Below, piece after piece: positions 58,865-64,000 of a stretch of 64,000 bases of DNA; positions within the stretch are counted from its first letter, which is position 1; every line of letters starts with the position of its first letter. The notes beneath the pieces were generated by a model, which was not told the origin of the DNA, did no database searches, and saw only the letters and a list, made by a program, of their open reading frames with translations. The DNA is from Balneolaceae bacterium (GTDB taxonomy: Bacteria; Bacteroidota; Rhodothermia; Balneolales; Balneolaceae): NCBI GenBank assembly GCA_007693395.1, contig REDS01000105.1, positions 12,619 through 76,618 on the forward strand, given 5' to 3'. Made by a program: the position numbers and the translations under genes.

Positions 58865-60226
58865 TTAAAGATCGAGTACAGCCTGTTTAAACTGATTGCC
58901 GCGATCTTCGTAGTTTTCGAACATATCGAACGAGGAGCAAGCGGGGCTAAGGAGTACAACTTCGCCTCGTTTTGCAACTTTTTTAGCGGTTTTTACAGCT
59001 GCTTTCATGCTATCTGCTTCAAGCAAATGAGGAACGGTATCTCCCACTTGCGTACGGATTTTTTCTCTGGCTTCACCTATGGCAATAATGGTATGTACTT
59101 TCTCTTTCAGCTCTTTTGCCAGTTGTGTGTAGTCGTTGCCCTTATCACGCCCACCGAGAATCAGTACAATTGGGGTGTTAAAACTTCGAAGTGCAAACCA
59201 TACTGCATTTACGTTGGTGGCTTTGCTATCGTTAACATAGCGCACGCCCTTGTAGGTGCGTACCTGCTCGAGCCGGTGGGTTACGCCTTCAAAGGTTCTG
59301 AGGCTTTCGCTTATAAATTCATTTTTGATCTCTGCTGCCCGTGCAGCCAGTGCGGTTGCCATACTATTTTGCAGGTTATGTTGCCCGGGTAGTCCTATTT
59401 CGCCGATTTGCATGAGTTCTTCTTCTTTGTTGTTGATATTAAGAATCAGGTTGCCGTTGCGAACAAATGCTCCGTTCACTACCTCTTTTTGGCTCGAAAA
59501 TGCGAGCATTTGAGGCGCGTTTTCTCTGCCCGCCAGCTCTGTTGCATGGTGCGAGAGAACAGGATCATCAACATTGTAGATAAACCAATCTGATGCCGTC
59601 TGATTTTTAGTGATATTTAGTTTTGATGCTGCATATTTATTAAAATCATTATCATACCTGTCGAGATGATCCGGTGTAATATTGAGAATCATACTGATAG
59701 CCGGGCGGAAGGTATCGATATGATCAAGCTGAAAACTGCTAATCTCAAGAAGTACATCTTCTTCAGGAACGGTATGTTCAACCTGATCAGAAAATGCAGT
59801 GCCGATGTTACCCGCAATAATGGGATTTCGCCCTGCCTGTTTCCATGTGTGCGCCAGCCAGTTTGCCACTGAAGTTTTACCGTTACTGCCGGTAACTGCT
59901 ACAATAGCTGATGCGCAAAACCAGCTTGCCAGTTCTATTTCAGAGAATATCTTTTTTCTACTATTCAGGTAGTGCCGTGCTATGGAAGAGGAGGTAGGCA
60001 CGCCGGGGCTCAAAACAAGAAACTCCCCATTCAGGGCTTTCTCAGAATGTGTGTTTTGTTCGAACCGGATAGATTCAGCTGTGAGTTTTTCAATTGCATC
60101 AGCATCTATCTGCCCACAATCAGAAACAAACGGTACAGCCCCCTTGCGCTTCAGCAAAATGGCAGCCGCAACTCCGCTTCTGGCAGCACCTGCAACTACG
60201 ATATGTTTGCCATCGAGGTTTCTCAT
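58865..60226 (-). CDS. murD: UDP-N-acetylmuramoylalanine--D-glutamate ligase
   Basis: VVAGAARSGVAAA, VAVTGSNGKTSV and NDSKATNVNA, in the dcw context. Confidence 0.93.
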   Translation of the reverse strand: MRNLDGKHIVVAGAARSGVAAAILLKRKGAVPFVSDCGQIDADAIEKLTAESIRFEQNTHSEKALNGEFLVLSPGVPTSSSIARHYLNSRKKIFSEIELASWFCASAIVAVTGSNGKTSVANWLAHTWKQAGRNPIIAGNIGTAFSDQVEHTVPEEDVLLEISSFQLDHIDTFRPAISMILNITPDHLDRYDNDFNKYAASKLNITKNQTASDWFIYNVDDPVLSHHATELAGRENAPQMLAFSSQKEVVNGAFVRNGNLILNINNKEEELMQIGEIGLPGQHNLQNSMATALAARAAEIKNEFISESLRTFEGVTHRLEQVRTYKGVRYVNDSKATNVNAVWFALRSFNTPIVLILGGRDKGNDYTQLAKELKEKVHTIIAIGEAREKIRTQVGDTVPHLLEADSMKAAVKTAKKVAKRGEVVLLSPACSSFDMFENYEDRGNQFKQAVLDL

Positions 60227-61359
60227 CGTAATTTCAGGGTTAGAAGGCTTATGATTCCAAGAAGGATAGCGATAATCCAGAAGCGTACTACAATTTTAGA
60301 TTCAGGCCATCCCTGCTTTTCAAAATGGTGGTGGATAGGAGTCATCAAAAATACCCGGCGGCCTTCACCATACTTTCTTTTTGTGTATTTAAACCAGGTT
60401 GTCTGTATGATTACGGAAACCGTTTCTACAAAAAAGATGCCGCAGATAATGGGCAGAAGCAGCTCTTTATGAATCATTACTGCAAATGCACCTAATGCAC
60501 CACCAAGGGCAAGGGAGCCGGTATCGCCCATGAAAACAGAGGCGGGATACGAGTTGTACCATAAAAAACCAAGACAGGCACCTACCAGCGAAGCTGCAAA
60601 AATGGTGAGTTCGCCGGATCCCGGCAGATACATAATGTTCAGGAATGATGAAAAATCAACCCGGCCTGATACATAAGCAAAAATACCAAGTATGATTCCG
60701 GCTATTGCGGATGTTCCAGAGAGCAATCCATCAAGGCCATCGGTAAGATTAGCAGCATTACTTACAGCAGTGATGATAAAAATTACTACCGGAATGTAGA
60801 TAAGCCATCCGGTTGATTCACCAAAAAATGCATAATCAATATTTACCTCTTTCAGGAATGGCACGGTAGTAAGTGTATTATATTCCTGAAATGCCGGCCA
60901 GAAATAGAGAGTAGCACCAATTACCACACCTACAAATACCTGACCAATGATTTTAAACCATCCGTGAAGCCCGGATTTATCTTTTTGTACAACTTTAATG
61001 TAATCATCAATAAAACCAACACCACCGAGAACAATCACAACGAATACAATCATCCAGGTATAAATACTGTCAATGCGCATCCATAGCAGCGCAGGTATTA
61101 CCGTTGCGAGAATGATGATTACCCCGCCCATAGTTGGAGTATCTGCTTTGGCGAGGTGAGTGTTAAGGCCAATATCGTCGCGAATTACCTCTTTGAGTTG
61201 CATTTTCTGCAGCCAGTGGATTATTTTTTTCCCTATAAATAAACTAATCAGCAAAGCAGTGGCTGCTGCGAATGCTGTACGAGTAGTGATATAATCGAAA
61301 GCACCAAATCCGGGTGGATTTATTACATCATTTATCCAGGCGAGGAGTTCGTAAAGCAT
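60223..61359 (-). CDS. mraY: Phospho-N-acetylmuramoyl-pentapeptide transferase
   Basis: KADTPTMGGVIIL, AANLTDGLDGL, MGDTGSLALGG and MTPIHHHFE. Confidence 0.95.
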   Translation of the reverse strand: MLYELLAWINDVINPPGFGAFDYITTRTAFAAATALLISLFIGKKIIHWLQKMQLKEVIRDDIGLNTHLAKADTPTMGGVIIILATVIPALLWMRIDSIYTWMIVFVVIVLGGVGFIDDYIKVVQKDKSGLHGWFKIIGQVFVGVVIGATLYFWPAFQEYNTLTTVPFLKEVNIDYAFFGESTGWLIYIPVVIFIITAVSNAANLTDGLDGLLSGTSAIAGIILGIFAYVSGRVDFSSFLNIMYLPGSGELTIFAASLVGACLGFLWYNSYPASVFMGDTGSLALGGALGAFAVMIHKELLLPIICGIFFVETVSVIIQTTWFKYTKRKYGEGRRVFLMTPIHHHFEKQGWPESKIVVRFWIIAILLGIISLLTLKLR

Positions 61360-62846
61360 TAAGCAACCTCCTCTTTTTGATGATGTCCGTTACGCTCTTG
61401 CAAGGCCTTTCGGGTAATTTCCCTATCGTCAAAATGGGAGCGAACACCATTAATTTCCTGATACGTTTCATGCCCCTTGCCAGCAATAAGTATGATGGTG
61501 CTTTCATCAGCTGTAGAAATGGCTGCTTTGATAGCATCTTCTCGCATTTTAATGCTTTTAACCCGGCTAGGGTTTACAAATCCCGCCATGATATCGCTGA
61601 TGATAGAATCGGGATCTTCGGTACGGGGGTTGTCGGATGTAACAATAACTTCATCTCCGTAGCGCTCTGCAATTTTTGCCATAACGGTACGCTTGGTTTT
61701 GTCGCGGTCTCCTCCGCAGCCAAACACGATACAGAGCTTTTCACCTGATTTTTTAATCTCCGTGAGCGTTTTTGCTACATTTTCAAGAGCGTTAGGGGTG
61801 TGGGCATAGTCAACAAAAACGATGGGCTCTTTTTTTGCATTCTGAATACTTTCCACACGTTCCATACGGCCGGCAGCACCCTTGCAAGTGGTTAGAGCAG
61901 GGGCAATTTTTTTCCCGTCAAATCCAAGTGCAGTGCATGCTAGCAGCGCCTGTACAACATTATAGGCATTAAACTCTCCCACAAGTGGCGATTTGATTTC
62001 TGCTCCATCGATTGAAAGAACAAGACCGTTAGCGTCAGATTTCAAAATCTCTGCATTGATGAGGCCGTTGTTTTTAAAGCTGATGGTAATAACTTTGGCA
62101 GGGGTTGAGTTGGCCATCCAGCCGCCTCGTTCATCATCGATATTGGTGATAGCCCAGCTGGTCTCCTCAAGTGAGTTGAACAACCTTTTCTTTGCAGAGG
62201 CATAGTCATTCATAGATGCATGGTAATCCAGATGATCGTGCGTGAGGTTTGTAAATACTCCCACTTTAAATGAAATACCGTTTACCCTTTTTTGATCCAG
62301 CGCATGCGAAGAAACCTCCATTACCAGATACTTACTGCCGGCATCTACCATCTGTTTCATATCGTCGGCAAGTTCAATGGGGTCTGCAGTTGTGAGTCTG
62401 CTTCTGAAAATTTCACTGTTTACTCGTTTTTCAACAGTTCCCAGCATTGAGGCTCTGCAACCAAGTTCAGTGAGTATCTGCCAGATTAAAGTGGCAACTG
62501 TAGTTTTACCATTTGTACCGGTAATACCAATTATGGTAAGCTTTTGTGCAGGATTGCCTGCCATTTTTTGAGCAAGCGGCCCTAAAAGCCTGCGGGTACT
62601 TCGTACGATTACTACAAAAATATGTGATGGAACATCAGGCTTGGATTCGGCAATAATTACAGCAGCACCCCGTGATATTGCCTCTGAGATAAAATTATGT
62701 CCATCGGACTTGAATCCCTTTACGGCAATAAATATATCGCCCTTGTCAACATCGCGAGAATCCTGGCAAAGCTTCCCAACCTTTTCCGGCTTCTTGCCGT
62801 AAAGTGAAATCGGGTTGCAAAATTCTACAATGTTCTCGATATCCAT
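61359..62846 (-). CDS. murE: UDP-N-acetylmuramoyl-L-alanyl-D-glutamate--2,6-diaminopimelate ligase
   Basis: IGITGTNGKTTV, VMEVSSHAL, DYAHTPNALE and VFGCGGDRD. The DNPR motif (TSDNPRTEDP) suggests meso-DAP specificity. Confidence 0.93.
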   Translation of the reverse strand: MDIENIVEFCNPISLYGKKPEKVGKLCQDSRDVDKGDIFIAVKGFKSDGHNFISEAISRGAAVIIAESKPDVPSHIFVVIVRSTRRLLGPLAQKMAGNPAQKLTIIGITGTNGKTTVATLIWQILTELGCRASMLGTVEKRVNSEIFRSRLTTADPIELADDMKQMVDAGSKYLVMEVSSHALDQKRVNGISFKVGVFTNLTHDHLDYHASMNDYASAKKRLFNSLEETSWAITNIDDERGGWMANSTPAKVITISFKNNGLINAEILKSDANGLVLSIDGAEIKSPLVGEFNAYNVVQALLACTALGFDGKKIAPALTTCKGAAGRMERVESIQNAKKEPIVFVDYAHTPNALENVAKTLTEIKKSGEKLCIVFGCGGDRDKTKRTVMAKIAERYGDEVIVTSDNPRTEDPDSIISDIMAGFVNPSRVKSIKMREDAIKAAISTADESTIILIAGKGHETYQEINGVRSHFDDREITRKALQERNGHHQKEEVA

Positions 62847-64000
62847 CAGTTGGAAGCGATGTTTTGTTGCCTGTTAAATGTTTGCGCTCGCCCGCGTACA
62901 GTTACGGTTCTTCCCTGCCGCATCAAGTCGCCGGCTCGGGGGAATTGTTCGTAAATAGTTCCGGAGCCTGTCATTTCGATTTCAAGCCCTGCTTTTCCAA
63001 GCAGATAAGCTGCCTGACGCATGTTTTTGTCTCTCAAATTGGGGATTCGGGCAAAACCTTCAGGAATTGAATCTGCCGGTGTATTTTCTAACCTCAATTC
63101 AATAGGGGTGTTTCTTGCTACCTGACTTCCGGGAGCAGGAATCTGAGCCGCAACGTATTGTCCGCGGCCTGTTATTGAGTAAGGTATACGGCTTCTTTGC
63201 AGCAGAACCTTGGCGTTATCTGCACTCATGCCTTCAAGATCAGGAAGTACTATCCGGCTGTTTTGAACTATTGCATCAGCCGGTTGTGAACGCTGAATAG
63301 AATTTTGCAGGCCTGATACACGCTGTGCTATTTCCTTAAAAACAGAACCGGCAGTAAAACCGCCAAAAATACTGGTTCGAGGTTCATCAAGTAGAACAAG
63401 AATCACAAATTCCGGGTCCTCAACAGGGAAAAAGCCTACAAATGAGGCCCTGTATCTTGCCCGGTAACGTCCATCGATAAATTTCTGTGCAGTACCGGTT
63501 TTCCCGGCAATACGAAGGCCGTCAACGGCAGCCCATCGTGCAGTGCCCGAATCAGAGACTGCCTGCTCAAATACGGGTAGTAATTTTTCAATAGTTGATG
63601 GCCTGGCGATTCTTCTAACTCTCTTTGGTTCATTTTTTTCGATGATATTGCCGAATTCATCTCTAATGGATTCAACTACGTAGGGTTTCATCAGTTTACC
63701 ACCATTAGCAAATGCAGCGTACGCCTGTGTAAGCTGTATAGGTGAAACCTGTACCTCGTAACCGATTGACATCCAGGGCTGGGTTACCCGGCTCCATTCA
63801 TACGGGCGTTGCAGTCTGCCTGCAAGTTCACCTGGAAGGTCGATATTGCTTGGTGTGCCGAAACCCATATTCCTTGCATATTGGTAGAAGGTATTTGGCG
63901 GAATGCGCTGGGCAATTTCAGCGGTGGCAATGTTAGAGCTTTTGGCCATTACCTCTGTGAATGTAAGGGTACCAAGCGGATCATGATCTCTCATCAGCTG
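62846..64000 (-). CDS. ftsI: Penicillin-binding protein 3 / FtsI transpeptidase, C-terminal part (N-terminus lies beyond the window end), with two C-terminal PASTA-like domains
   Basis: The frame is open to position 64000. KSSNIATAEI and AGKTGTAQK (the KTG box) are class-B PBP transpeptidase motifs. The last ~135 aa contain two units of the PASTA pattern (IVLPDLEGMSADNAKVLL...AAQIPAPGSQV...IELRL and IPNLRDKNMRQAAYLLGKAGL...YEQFPRAGDLM..VTVRG). Confidence 0.88.
   Translation of the reverse strand, partial: QLMRDHDPLGTLTFTEVMAKSSNIATAEIAQRIPPNTFYQYARNMGFGTPSNIDLPGELAGRLQRPYEWSRVTQPWMSIGYEVQVSPIQLTQAYAAFANGGKLMKPYVVESIRDEFGNIIEKNEPKRVRRIARPSTIEKLLPVFEQAVSDSGTARWAAVDGLRIAGKTGTAQKFIDGRYRARYRASFVGFFPVEDPEFVILVLLDEPRTSIFGGFTAGSVFKEIAQRVSGLQNSIQRSQPADAIVQNSRIVLPDLEGMSADNAKVLLQRSRIPYSITGRGQYVAAQIPAPGSQVARNTPIELRLENTPADSIPEGFARIPNLRDKNMRQAAYLLGKAGLEIEMTGSGTIYEQFPRAGDLMRQGRTVTVRGRAQTFNRQQNIASN

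Noticed and set aside
60223-62846. Absence of murF between murE and mraY (and of ddl and murB from the cluster) as an anomaly or deletion
   Set aside because: murE and mraY overlap by 1 nt with no scar. To my knowledge this murF-less dcw order is the normal arrangement in Bacteroidota-type genomes.

Overview
The window looks like a chromosomal segment from a Bacteroidota/Balneolota-like (FCB-group) bacterium. The taxon call rests on TIGR04183-like T9SS C-terminal sorting domains, PorV/PorQ-like barrels, atpDC standing apart from the other atp genes, and a dcw cluster ordered ftsI-murE-mraY-murD-ftsW-murG-murC-ftsQ-ftsA-ftsZ with no murF. Contents from left to right:
- 1-8.2 kb: small housekeeping genes and a porin. 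A visibly AT-rich islet here carries a single 833-aa ORF that fuses a PstI/BsuBI-type N6-adenine methyltransferase to the matching restriction endonuclease.
- 8.4-18 kb: a hexuronate catabolic locus with a TRAP transporter, uxaE, an SDR reductase, eda, kdgK, uxaC and a secreted DUF6807 protein. No dehydratase gene is present.
- 18-33 kb: housekeeping genes (valS, rsmB, a Na/Pi symporter, atpDC, a eukaryote-type hexokinase, a carbamoyltransferase).
- 32.9-47.7 kb: a lineage-specific surface and sensing block. It holds a lipoprotein built from about 16 tandem 29-residue repeats that I cannot place in any family, and a divergent ~1550-aa T9SS adhesin (beta-helix plus DUF285/BspA repeats). It also holds several orphan small proteins, an SdiA-regulated-domain lipoprotein, and an ECF sigma factor paired with a TPR Ser/Thr kinase.
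- 46.7-51.4 kb: a tightly packed four-gene unit directly downstream of ftsZ, made of a BNR propeller with a CTD, two PorV/PorQ-like barrels and a glycosyltransferase.
- 51.6-64 kb: the distal dcw cluster.

I found no rRNA, tRNA, CRISPR array, transposase or integrase. Every call comes from reading the translations and the sequence by eye; no searches or statistics were run.
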